Source of the DNA: Bacilli bacterium
GTDB taxonomy: Bacteria > Bacillota_I > Bacilli_A > RFN20 > CAG-826
Length of the DNA stretch: 64,000 bases
Assembly (NCBI GenBank): GCA_024409055.1
Contig: JAKSUL010000004.1
Coordinates: forward strand, 4,010 to 68,009
Reading direction: 5' to 3'
A program made the position numbers and the translations under genes. This document shows, piece after piece, positions 44,832-53,888 of this stretch (its first letter is position 1; the number at the start of each line of letters is the position of its first letter). Under the pieces are notes generated by a model. The model did no database searches, was not told the DNA's origin, and worked only from the letters and a program-made list of their open reading frames with translations.

Positions 44832-46733
44832 ATGAAAAAGAAAACCTTAATTTGCTCTATTTTGTCTTTAGCTGCGATTGGTGCGATGGGAATCGGGGCC
44901 AACGTTGCCACGACTCCTTGGACCCCATCTACCGCGGTTAAGGCTGACGATGGATTCAAAGACATGACCGAAAAAGGATTCTGGGCCGCTAGCGATGGTG
45001 ACTTCGTCCAAGTCGAAAATTGGTTCAATTCCGGAAAAGGATTCTCCTTTGAATTTAAACTTGCCGATAACGTCATGAAGGAAATGAGTGTGAAGCTCTA
45101 TTCTGGATCCACCGAAATCACTTCTAATTTCTATGGCTTCCAGCCGAATGAAGATGGCACCGATTTGTCTACCAACGCCGCCAAAATTGCTTCATGGAGA
45201 GGACGTGCGTTCCTTTTGAATGCGGAAGAGAAAGTCTACCGCTACGAATTGATGTTCTCCGACCTCGTCGATAAAAAGAAAGCGGGATTCGAAGACGCTA
45301 CAGTCGATGGAATCACATTCCTTTGGAACTGGGGAGCCCCTTACCAAAACAAATTCTTAGTCAGAGACTTGAAGGTTATTAATGACTATAGTGACGAAGC
45401 CTTCTACCACGAGGTCGATACTTCTGGCCCAGATCAATACCTCAAATATGCCGAGCATACCTTTATTCAGATAGAAAACTGGAAAACATCAGGGAAGGGA
45501 TTCGCTCTTCATTTCAAACCGCGTGAAAACGGGCAGGTTGTCGTTATGCTTAATGGAAATTCTGCAGATGGCACTATTCGAGGAAGGGATGTCAGCAAAT
45601 ACAAATACATCTATAGAAAAGGCGGAAACCCGGATGTTGGCAAGGTGTTCGATATTGGCGACGGATGGTATCGCTATGAAGTTATGTTCTCCGAGCTCGA
45701 AAGCGTTAATGTCGATGGCGTTGACGGCGGAACTTTTACCGTCACTCAGCTCCACATCGCTTGGATGAGTTCTGGATATGGAATCACAACCTCTGGCAGA
45801 ACCGCCATTATCGACGGCTATTCCTATAACTACTCATTCAATATCGATGGCGTTGTCACCGAAAAAGGCTATACCGCGAAAGCCCTTGAGGAGCCGACCG
45901 CTCCATCAAAAGAGGGAAACCACTTCTGCGGTTGGTATACCGAGCCGGAATTCACAAATAAATATGAGTTCGGTAATCCATTAACTTCTGATGTTTCCTT
46001 GTATGCCAAATTTGAACCTCACGCATACACGGAGCATTGCCATGACGAAAACGAACACTGGGACGCCTGCGAATGCGGCGAAAAAACCAATGTTGGTGTT
46101 CACGTCTATGATCAAGAAGCCGCGAACGAAGAATTCTATGCTGCTCCGGCCACTTGCATGCACGGCAAGGAGTATTACAAATCTTGCGTTTGCGGAGCCA
46201 AAGGAAGTGAAACCTTCATGGTTGGTGAAAAGGATCCAACCGTTCACGTTCCAGGTGCTTCGACCAAAGAAAATATGACCGCTCCAGGGTGTGAAACTGA
46301 TGGCGGATACGACAATGTCGTCCGTTGCGAAGAATGTCACGAAATTGTCTCCTCTTCCCACGTTGTCATCCCGGCCAGCGGGCATGATTACGTCGAGTCC
46401 TCTTGGTCTTTGAGCGAAGATAAGACAACTGGCACTCTCCATCTTGTCTGCGGCAATGATAGCAGCCACACCAAAGATGTTTCAGCCACCGTCACTGTCG
46501 TGGTTGTCGAACCGACCACTGAGAAAGATGGAAAGGCCACGTATACCTTATCTGCTAATTTCGAAGGCAAATCTTATAGTCACGTCATCGAAGAAATCCT
46601 TCCCAAGAAAGACCCAGAACCAGAGCCGAAGAAAGACGGAGGATGTGGTGGAGCCATTGTTGGTTGTAGCGCAGCCGCTATCGTCGGATTGGTCGGACTC
46701 GGTGTTGTCGCCATTAAACGCAAAGAAAAATAA
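44832..46733 (+). CDS. surface protein: two copies of the 26533-type module, a Listeria-Bacteroides repeat, a Cys/His-rich region and a GCGG C-terminal anchor
   Basis: Signal peptide. Motifs WFNSGKGFSFEFKL / WKTSGKGFALHFKP and DGWYRYEVMFSEL. GWYTEPEFTNKYEFGNPLTSDVSLYAKF matches the Flg_new/List-Bact repeat. The tail is DGGCGGAIVGCSAAAIVGLVGLGVVAIKRKEK. Confidence 0.65.
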   Translation: MKKKTLICSILSLAAIGAMGIGANVATTPWTPSTAVKADDGFKDMTEKGFWAASDGDFVQVENWFNSGKGFSFEFKLADNVMKEMSVKLYSGSTEITSNFYGFQPNEDGTDLSTNAAKIASWRGRAFLLNAEEKVYRYELMFSDLVDKKKAGFEDATVDGITFLWNWGAPYQNKFLVRDLKVINDYSDEAFYHEVDTSGPDQYLKYAEHTFIQIENWKTSGKGFALHFKPRENGQVVVMLNGNSADGTIRGRDVSKYKYIYRKGGNPDVGKVFDIGDGWYRYEVMFSELESVNVDGVDGGTFTVTQLHIAWMSSGYGITTSGRTAIIDGYSYNYSFNIDGVVTEKGYTAKALEEPTAPSKEGNHFCGWYTEPEFTNKYEFGNPLTSDVSLYAKFEPHAYTEHCHDENEHWDACECGEKTNVGVHVYDQEAANEEFYAAPATCMHGKEYYKSCVCGAKGSETFMVGEKDPTVHVPGASTKENMTAPGCETDGGYDNVVRCEECHEIVSSSHVVIPASGHDYVESSWSLSEDKTTGTLHLVCGNDSSHTKDVSATVTVVVVEPTTEKDGKATYTLSANFEGKSYSHVIEEILPKKDPEPEPKKDGGCGGAIVGCSAAAIVGLVGLGVVAIKRKEK

Positions 46734-46749
46734 GATCTAATTTAAAATT

Positions 46750-46777
46750 GACCATGGGGTAACCTGTGGTCTTTTTT
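46750..46777 (+). terminator. putative rho-independent terminator
   Basis: GACCATGGG..CCTGTGGTC hairpin followed by TTTTTT. Confidence 0.5.
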
Positions 46778-46801
46778 GTGCCCTTTGGATATGATTTAGC
46801 G

Positions 46802-47494
46802 GTGAGCTATAAAATTATTCTTTGGGACATAGACGGAACTATCCTCAATTTCAAAGCAGCCGAAGCTGTTGCCATAAAAACTGGGTTCAAAAGGCTTGGC
46901 CTAGGAGAATGCAGCGATGAAATGATCAAGGATTATTCTTCGATAAACGTTAAGTGGTGGGCCAGTTTGGAAAGAGGAGAACATACAAAACCTGAGATTC
47001 TGGTCGGAAGGTTTGAAGAGTTCTTCGCAAAATACGGTTTGGATACCTCGAAAGCGTTTGAATTTAACAAGAATTACCAGACGGACTTGGGTGATATGAT
47101 TGTTTTTAACGACGAGGCATATGACGTCATTAAGTCGATAAAAGTCCCTCAATACGGCGCTACAAATGGAACAAAAATTGCCCAAAAGAAAAAGATTAAA
47201 GGCTCGGGACTTGATCGATTACTAGAGGCGGTATTTATCTCCGATGAGATCGGATACGAAAAGCCGTCGATTGAATATTTCGACTATGTTTTCTCTTATA
47301 TTAAGGACAAACATGGATCAATTGATAAGAAGGACATCGTGATTGTCGGAGACTCCCTCACTAGCGATATTCAGGGCGGGAACAACGCCGGCATTGCTAC
47401 TGTTTGGTATAACAAAGAACATAAAGAAAATAAGACCGATTTGCGTATCGATTTTGAAATAGACGATCTTCATCAATTGCTGAAGATTTTATAA
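46802..47494 (+). CDS. HAD-superfamily hydrolase (YjjG-like nucleotidase/phosphatase subfamily IA)
   Basis: DxDGT motif ILWDIDGTILNF, and VGDSLTSDIQGGNNAG motif IV. The GTG at 46802 is preferred because the track's 46766 start lies inside the terminator hairpin. Confidence 0.7.
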   Translation: MSYKIILWDIDGTILNFKAAEAVAIKTGFKRLGLGECSDEMIKDYSSINVKWWASLERGEHTKPEILVGRFEEFFAKYGLDTSKAFEFNKNYQTDLGDMIVFNDEAYDVIKSIKVPQYGATNGTKIAQKKKIKGSGLDRLLEAVFISDEIGYEKPSIEYFDYVFSYIKDKHGSIDKKDIVIVGDSLTSDIQGGNNAGIATVWYNKEHKENKTDLRIDFEIDDLHQLLKIL

Positions 47495-48547
47495 GCCAAT
47501 TTTCTTCAAGGTTTTAGCGATTTTTTTCGCTATGTAATAAAAGCCTAAATCATTTGGGTGACATTTATCGACAATGCAGTCGTCTTTTATTTGCTTCGGG
47601 AAAAATGTGTACCCGTTTATGAAATAAACATTATCGTCCCCGTTCTTTTTGGCATTTAAGTACGTTTTCTTAACTATGGAGCGGCGCTTGGCAAAATAAT
47701 CTGGATTACCTTTTCCGTATGGTGCGGAAATAATGATGACGGGAGTATCCGGATGTTTCTTTCTGAATTCTAAGAATACCTTTTCGTGAGTGTTATCGAG
47801 ATGCTCAAGGCTAGGCGTGTTGTAATCGTAGTCCAAAACAAAGGCGCTGCATTCAAAGGAAGAAAGGAATTCAGCCATTTCTTTCTGCCCAAGGCAGTTT
47901 CCGGATAGCCCCATATTAATGAAATCGACGTTATTCCATTTTGCTATAAAGGCTTCATATGTATTGTCTGGCCTAGAAGCACAACCGCCATTGGTGATTG
48001 AACTTCCATAATACAAAATCGGTTTTGCGTCTCTATAAGGGTTCAGTTTTGAAATGGTGGCATTTTCTTCGATCTCAATTGATAAAGTGCTAACGCGATT
48101 ATATAGAGGGAAGTACATGATGTAATCGTGCTCTTCCCCATCTAATTCGTCGGTCGAAGAGGAGTATCCCTCTTTGTCATTGACCGAAAAGGCGAATGTA
48201 TGGACATGTGTTTCCTCTCCACCTTTTATTTCGTTCAAAGAAAAGCCGGCTTGGCCAGTTAGAGCCATCTGAGACAATATATCCAACGTTGGATAAGTAA
48301 CGTGGATTTTTATGAATTTGCTGTTTGTTTTAAAACAAACGCGTCCTCCGGCCACGACTTCGTTAAGCCAGTTATAGATGTCTCCTAATGAGGAAACCAA
48401 ATCATTTGGGAGTCTATGGAAACCTTTGCCGTCGGAATATTGGATGCCGAAAAGTGAGAGCGATGATGAAGGAACCGAAATAAGGCGACCATTAATTGTT
48501 CGGTCGTCGACTTTGAAATTTTTATCAATTTCTTCGATCTTCGGCAT
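47489..48547 (-). CDS. SGNH/GDSL-type hydrolase with N-terminal beta-sandwich (carbohydrate esterase-like)
   Basis: Block I YYGSSITNG and block V-like CHPNDLG. The ~170-aa N-terminal extension resembles CE2-type esterases. Confidence 0.65.
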   Translation of the reverse strand: MPKIEEIDKNFKVDDRTINGRLISVPSSSLSLFGIQYSDGKGFHRLPNDLVSSLGDIYNWLNEVVAGGRVCFKTNSKFIKIHVTYPTLDILSQMALTGQAGFSLNEIKGGEETHVHTFAFSVNDKEGYSSSTDELDGEEHDYIMYFPLYNRVSTLSIEIEENATISKLNPYRDAKPILYYGSSITNGGCASRPDNTYEAFIAKWNNVDFINMGLSGNCLGQKEMAEFLSSFECSAFVLDYDYNTPSLEHLDNTHEKVFLEFRKKHPDTPVIIISAPYGKGNPDYFAKRRSIVKKTYLNAKKNGDDNVYFINGYTFFPKQIKDDCIVDKCHPNDLGFYYIAKKIAKTLKKIGL

Positions 48548-49503
48548 TAGAATTCAATTTCTTTTCCCTTGCTCTTGTAGGACTTTAAAACAACTCTGTT
48601 TGCTTTGGACGCTTCTTCGATGTTGAGGAAGTAGGGCTTTCCTTCTTCTACACAAGAATAGAAGTCGTCAAACATGTATTCGTGTCCTCTTCCATAGCAA
48701 GCTTTGCCATAGAAATATTCTTCTTTTTTAACTTTTTGAATCTTGTCATCGACGAAAACTGATTCTCCGACTATGCGTATCGTGTGTCCGTCTTTGGTTT
48801 TGATGGCAACCTGGTTTAAATAGTTGGAAGACGCTCCGGTAGAAGCCAAAAGAGTGAAGGGACGTTCCCCTCTTCCCATCACGATCGCATTGTCTTCAAC
48901 TTCGATTAATGGGTGCACTAAGTTAGAGACGTTGGCAGCGATTGTTTTAGGCGCCCCTAAGGACCAAACAAGGAAATCGATGGTGTGGATTGCTTGGTTG
49001 ATCAACAGTCCTCCGCCTTCGGTTGCCCATTTGCCTCTCCATGGTGCGCTATTGTAATAGGCCATGTCACGGTTCCATAGAAGCGTGGCGTATCCAGCTT
49101 CGGGCTCGTGTTCTTCCAGATAAGCCTTCGTAAATTTCATCGCGTGGTTGTATCTGGTTTGGAAACAAACTCCGGCAAGGGCTTTGCTCTTTTTCTCTAA
49201 AGCAATCAGCTCGTCGAGTTCTTCCTCTTTGATGCCGACCGGCTTTTCGATGATGACGTTGATGTTGTTTTCCAAACAATATTTGGCCATCTCGAAGTGG
49301 AGATAATGTGGGGTGCAGATATGGACTATATCGATTTCCTCTTTTTGGAGCATCTCTTTATAGTCTTTATATTTCGGGCAAGTAAAATCTCTCATTGCCT
49401 CATCGGAGATGTCGCAAACTGCGTCAATGGAAAAACCTAGCTTATTCAAAGCTTCGGCATGGACGTGTCCGATGTTTCCGGTTCCGATGATTGCGGTTTT
49501 CAT
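48547..49503 (-). CDS. Gfo/Idh/MocA family oxidoreductase
   Basis: MKTAIIGTGNIGHVHA Rossmann motif and IEKP motif. The start overlaps the upstream gene's stop by 4 nt. Confidence 0.85.
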   Translation of the reverse strand: MKTAIIGTGNIGHVHAEALNKLGFSIDAVCDISDEAMRDFTCPKYKDYKEMLQKEEIDIVHICTPHYLHFEMAKYCLENNINVIIEKPVGIKEEELDELIALEKKSKALAGVCFQTRYNHAMKFTKAYLEEHEPEAGYATLLWNRDMAYYNSAPWRGKWATEGGGLLINQAIHTIDFLVWSLGAPKTIAANVSNLVHPLIEVEDNAIVMGRGERPFTLLASTGASSNYLNQVAIKTKDGHTIRIVGESVFVDDKIQKVKKEEYFYGKACYGRGHEYMFDDFYSCVEEGKPYFLNIEEASKANRVVLKSYKSKGKEIEF

Positions 49504-50384
49504 AAAAGGAATCCTTCGTAATCGACTTTGACGGTCTCTCCAGAATTCATGGATTCTTCAATTGCAATAGTGAGAGGAACCGAGGCGAAGAAGTCATCTA
49601 AGCCCAAGTGTCCGTCTATTCCGTTTAAGAGGTTATGGAATTCTTCGAATTCGATGTGGAAGCATGGAGAATCGGCGGTGACCGGCTCTTCATAGCTTTG
49701 GACACCGTCTTCGGCTTGGCGGTTCATGTAGTAGGTGTAGTGGCCATCCACGAATAAGCCGTGAACAATGAAGGTGTCATAGATGAAGTCGACATCGACC
49801 TTATCTCCCCAATTCTTAGCCTTAACTTCTTTGGCATATCCAAAGGCGGCTGACACCATGTCGATAAGGTGTTGGCAGTAGAAGCGATATCCGCCATAAG
49901 CATTTGTTAGGCTGACGGGGGCGCGGAAATAACCGCCAATGGTTTTTCCATTGAGGTTTTCTTTATGACCTTTGGCGCATTCAGAGACCCCGTTAAGGTA
50001 TTTGCAGCATGATCCGCCGCAGAAGCGAACGCCTTTTTCTGTTATGAGTTTTTTGAATTCGAGAGAGTCTTCTTTGGTAATGGTTAATGGCTTGTCTAAA
50101 AAGATGGCTTTGACTCCCCCAGCTTCAAGATATGGTTTAGCGAAAGGAAGATGATATTTGCCGTGCCTATTGGTGAGGACGACTCCGTCGACTTTGCCGA
50201 CGAATTCGTCAAAAGACTTCATTGAATAAACGCCAAATTCATTGGCGAGTTTTTCTTTCGCGGCTTCGTCGTCGCTATAAACGCCGACTACCTCGATGTC
50301 TTTGAATTGCTCCTCATTTTTGATGTATTTGAGGAAGCCGTTGGCGTGAGAGTTCTCACAACCGAGGAAAACTACTTTGTACAT
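49500..50384 (-). CDS. Gfo/Idh/MocA-like protein with degenerate dinucleotide-binding loop
   Basis: The layout matches the family (VVFLGCENSHANGF...LDKP...), but the GxGxxG/A loop reads GCENSH. Confidence 0.6.
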   Translation of the reverse strand: MYKVVFLGCENSHANGFLKYIKNEEQFKDIEVVGVYSDDEAAKEKLANEFGVYSMKSFDEFVGKVDGVVLTNRHGKYHLPFAKPYLEAGGVKAIFLDKPLTITKEDSLEFKKLITEKGVRFCGGSCCKYLNGVSECAKGHKENLNGKTIGGYFRAPVSLTNAYGGYRFYCQHLIDMVSAAFGYAKEVKAKNWGDKVDVDFIYDTFIVHGLFVDGHYTYYMNRQAEDGVQSYEEPVTADSPCFHIEFEEFHNLLNGIDGHLGLDDFFASVPLTIAIEESMNSGETVKVDYEGFLL

Positions 50385-50402
50385 ATATTTTCGTTCCTTT
50401 CG

Positions 50403-51545
50403 TTATTTCCTTTTTATTCCTCCGACGAAGACGTCGGTGACATTAATATCTTTGTCGAACACGACGATGTCGGCGTCGTATCCTTCTTGCAAACGGCCTT
50501 TGCCGTTAAGTTTTAATAACTTGGCTGGATTGTCGGTAAGCATCTTCACCGCGTCGGTCAAAGAGGCTCCACAACTAAGGAGCGTTCTGATCAATACCTC
50601 GTCGGTGGCAACACTTCCTGCGAAGGCGCTTCTGTCTTTTAGCTTGCAGACGCCGTCCTCGACGATGAATTCGGTGCCGCTCATGACGCCTTCTTTGATA
50701 TCCGTACCCGCTATTTCCAAGGAATCGGTAATCAAAACTGTTTTGTCAACGCCTTTGTTCTTAAGGACGAGTTGGATCAATTCCTTTGGGAGGTGTTTGC
50801 CGTCGGCGATTATTTCGACGGACAAATCATCCAACAAATAGGCCGATTCGGTAACGCCTAAGCTACGGAAGCCGTGGTCTCTGGTAATAGTGGATGTGCA
50901 GGAATACAAATGGGTAACCATAGATGCGCCGTTTTGAACGGCTCTAAGGCAATCTTCGTACTTGGCGTTGCTGTGGCCGATTGATGGGATGGTCCCATTT
51001 TCGGATAGCATCTTGGCAAATGAACCGTCATCGTTTTCGGCAGCATAAGTCCATTTCTTAATGAATGAACCATACTTTTCTAAGAAAGGGACGTAATCTT
51101 CTTTGTTTGGCTTTGTGATGAACGTGGGGCACTGAGCGCCGCATTGTTCTTTGGAAAGATATGGTCCTTCCATGTGAACACCGACAATGTTTGTCAAAAG
51201 CTTTTCTGATTTGGAAGCTTCATAGATGTTGCTGGCAGCATTCGACATGTTTTTGAAGGGGCCGGCAGTGACGGTTGGGACGATTGATGTCGTTCCATGC
51301 ATTAAATGGAAGTTGGCACCATTGATGACGTCTTCGACTGTTGAGTTGATGAAAGCGTATCCTCCGCCTCCGTGAGTGTGCATCTCAACAAAACCAGGGG
51401 CGACGTATTTATCGCCGAAGTCATATTCCTCTTCACATGGCAAATCGACGGAAGATATGTCGGTTATTTTTCCGTTCTCGACATAGATAAAGCCGGATAT
51501 GACTTTATCAAGGAGAACGATGTTGTTGCTTTTTATCTTTATCAT
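50403..51545 (-). CDS. nagA: N-acetylglucosamine-6-phosphate deacetylase
   Basis: PGFVEMHTHGGGGY metal site, VGVHMEGPYL, IGHSNA, and amidohydrolase length. Confidence 0.9.
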   Translation of the reverse strand: MIKIKSNNIVLLDKVISGFIYVENGKITDISSVDLPCEEEYDFGDKYVAPGFVEMHTHGGGGYAFINSTVEDVINGANFHLMHGTTSIVPTVTAGPFKNMSNAASNIYEASKSEKLLTNIVGVHMEGPYLSKEQCGAQCPTFITKPNKEDYVPFLEKYGSFIKKWTYAAENDDGSFAKMLSENGTIPSIGHSNAKYEDCLRAVQNGASMVTHLYSCTSTITRDHGFRSLGVTESAYLLDDLSVEIIADGKHLPKELIQLVLKNKGVDKTVLITDSLEIAGTDIKEGVMSGTEFIVEDGVCKLKDRSAFAGSVATDEVLIRTLLSCGASLTDAVKMLTDNPAKLLKLNGKGRLQEGYDADIVVFDKDINVTDVFVGGIKRK

Positions 51546-53158
51546 AATTTCAAAAGTTTAGAGCTGTCGGCATCCAAATAAAGGGTAGCATCGCCATGTT
51601 TTCTCATGATGGAAGCAGGGCACTTTTCGCTGATAGGACCGTTAACGGTGTCATAGACGGCCTGAGCTTTGGTGGCGACAGGAACAACGCAGAACAAATG
51701 TGGGGCGTTGTATAAAGTCGGGATGGTCAATGTTAAGGCGTACTGTGGGACGTCTTCGAGTTTAGCGAAGCATCCATCGTGGACTTGCTGGTTGCGGCAC
51801 ATATCATCAAGCGGGACCGGTTTGACGACTTTCGGATCGTTGAAGTCGGCGACGTCAGGATCGTTAAACGCGATATGTCCGTTTTCACCGATGCCTAAGA
51901 CAACGGCGTCGGGCTTATGCTCCATTAAGATCTTGCTGTATCTTTCGGCTTCTTTCTCCGGATCTTTGGCGGAAACATCGATGCAGTTGACGGACTTAAA
52001 CGGAACCAAATCGAACAAAGCGGCTCTTAAGAAATTGGCGAATCCTTGCGGGGCGTTTTTATCTAATCCGATGTATTCGTCCATGTGGTAGGCATTGATC
52101 CTGTTCCACTCGATGGTCTTATCGGCGACTAAGGAACGTAGAACGTCGTTTTGACTTGGCGCGGCAGCAAAGATGACGTTGATCTCTTCCTTTTCTTCTA
52201 AGAGTTTTTTGAAGCAAGCGGCGGCGTCTTTCGCTGCCTCTTTGCCCATTTCTTCGCGAGTCGCGAAGGCTTTAACCATAAGGTTGTCTTTCTTCATTGT
52301 TTTCATTTTTTCTGCCTCCTTAATGCAGTATTTAGTTCCTTCAACTCCGGCCAAGAACGCGTCTTGCTGGGTTTTGAATTTGTAGGGATTGACGAACGCC
52401 TTTCCGACCAAGGCGTTTAAGCCTCCGAAAGACTCAAGGTGTGGCTCAATCGTTATGTAGAAGTCTTTCGTTTGGTCGTTTTTGGCCAAGGCAAGAATTT
52501 CTTTTATGCGAGCTTCGCCTTTTCCGGCTGGCACAATAGCGCCGGCATATAAAGAATCTTTGATATGGAAATATTCGATATAACCCTTTAGGAGTTCATA
52601 CCCCTTTAACGGATCGTATCCATCGAGGACATAGTTTCCCATGTCGAAGACTATCGCAAGTCTTCCTTTGAAGAACTTGGCTAACTTCAAACAAGCTTCA
52701 GGGGATTCGCCGTAAATCAAAGCTTCGTTTTCGTGGCAAAGTTTGACCCCATATTTATCAGCCAAATCCAAAAGCGATGTTAATCTTTCGATGACGGTTT
52801 TTTCAAATTTATCGAATTCGACGTTTGTTTTGTTGTAGAAAGAGAACATGCGGATATTCTTGCATTCAAGAATATTGGCGATTCGATAGATGTTTTCTGC
52901 CTTTTTCATGTGGGCGTCGAAATCGTCGATAATGTCGATTTTGCCTAGAGGCGACCCGATAGAAGACACTCTGATGCCTGCGGCATCGAGTTTTTTCTTA
53001 ACTTCTTTTGCCTCTTCGATTGTTAAATCGGCGACGTTTTTCCCGTCGACGTTTCTAATTTCTAAAAAGGAAATGTTCTGGGCATTCAAAACAGAGATTT
53101 GCTCATCGAGGCTGGATGAGTATTCATCGGCGAATGCTGAAAGTTTGATATTTGCCAT
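51542..53158 (-). CDS. fusion protein: xylose-isomerase-like TIM barrel (sugar phosphate isomerase/epimerase) + NagB/6-phosphogluconolactonase-like deaminase/isomerase
   Basis: N-terminal ~280 aa: AP_endonuc_2-type barrel (LSAFADEY..FLEIR, KLCHENE, YFHIKD). C-terminal ~250 aa: NVIFAAAPSQ, YHMDEYIGL, LGIGENGHIAFNDP. Overlaps the nagA start by 4 nt. Confidence 0.8.
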   Translation of the reverse strand: MANIKLSAFADEYSSSLDEQISVLNAQNISFLEIRNVDGKNVADLTIEEAKEVKKKLDAAGIRVSSIGSPLGKIDIIDDFDAHMKKAENIYRIANILECKNIRMFSFYNKTNVEFDKFEKTVIERLTSLLDLADKYGVKLCHENEALIYGESPEACLKLAKFFKGRLAIVFDMGNYVLDGYDPLKGYELLKGYIEYFHIKDSLYAGAIVPAGKGEARIKEILALAKNDQTKDFYITIEPHLESFGGLNALVGKAFVNPYKFKTQQDAFLAGVEGTKYCIKEAEKMKTMKKDNLMVKAFATREEMGKEAAKDAAACFKKLLEEKEEINVIFAAAPSQNDVLRSLVADKTIEWNRINAYHMDEYIGLDKNAPQGFANFLRAALFDLVPFKSVNCIDVSAKDPEKEAERYSKILMEHKPDAVVLGIGENGHIAFNDPDVADFNDPKVVKPVPLDDMCRNQQVHDGCFAKLEDVPQYALTLTIPTLYNAPHLFCVVPVATKAQAVYDTVNGPISEKCPASIMRKHGDATLYLDADSSKLLKL

Positions 53159-53182
53159 AACTTGTATGGCTATATTCTAGAT

Positions 53183-53200
53183 TCCAAAACTTGTTTTGGA
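53183..53200. promoter_or_regulatory. perfect 18-bp palindrome TCCAAAAC-TT-GTTTTGGA in a divergent promoter region; candidate operator
   Basis: Read directly. It lies 25 bp upstream of the fusion-gene ATG (53158, minus strand) and 60 bp upstream of the SGNH gene (plus strand). Confidence 0.35.
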
Positions 53201-53259
53201 TATATCTACTCTAACGATTATTCATATTAGTAAAAAACTTGGAGAAAAAACCTTGTATA

Positions 53260-53853
53260 ATGGCCGATATGGAAAAAGAAAGATTTGAATGGATTCATTC
53301 ATGGACTGACGAGACGAACGAATCGAAATACAAGAGGGTTTTGCTTATTGGCGACTCTATTTTTCATGGTCTAAACGAAATTCTTAGGGGAATGCTTAAG
53401 GGGGAACGTTACCTCGACTATATCTCTTCCTCTTACACGGTCGATCGTGATTTTTATAAAAACACCATGTCGTCTTTTGCGAACCAATATGAATACGATC
53501 TGATCATCGTCAATCATGCTTTGCATGGCAAATACATGAGCGATGAAGTCTACGAGGAAAACATGATCGAATTCTTAGGGATGCTCAAATGCAGAAACAT
53601 CGTCCTTGCGTATGGAAGCGTTGTGTATGAGGAAGGACTAGGCTCAATATGCAAAGAATGGGATGAAACGGTAAAAAGCAGAAATGCGTCAATGGAAAAA
53701 TTGGCCGCAAAGCTTGGCTTATCGACATTTGATTTCTATAGCGTTTCCAAAACAGTTCCGCTCGATTCAAGGATCGATGATGGATTCCATTACAAAAAAG
53801 AAGGTTCAGAAATATTGGCAAAATCCTTAGCCGAATTAATCAAAGCAAAGTAA
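53260..53853 (+). CDS. SGNH/GDSL family hydrolase
   Basis: Block I VLLIGDSIFHG, block III-like NHALHG, and DDGFHY near the C-terminus. The start is uncertain (53260 or 53269). Confidence 0.7.
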   Translation: MADMEKERFEWIHSWTDETNESKYKRVLLIGDSIFHGLNEILRGMLKGERYLDYISSSYTVDRDFYKNTMSSFANQYEYDLIIVNHALHGKYMSDEVYEENMIEFLGMLKCRNIVLAYGSVVYEEGLGSICKEWDETVKSRNASMEKLAAKLGLSTFDFYSVSKTVPLDSRIDDGFHYKKEGSEILAKSLAELIKAK

Positions 53854-53863
53854 ACCAAAAGAA

Positions 53864-53888
53864 AAAGCCCGCCGAAGCGGACTTTTTT
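53864..53888. terminator. bidirectional terminator between convergent genes
   Basis: AAGCCCGC-CGAA-GCGGACTT hairpin (one mismatch), flanked by an A-run and TTTTTT. Confidence 0.55.
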
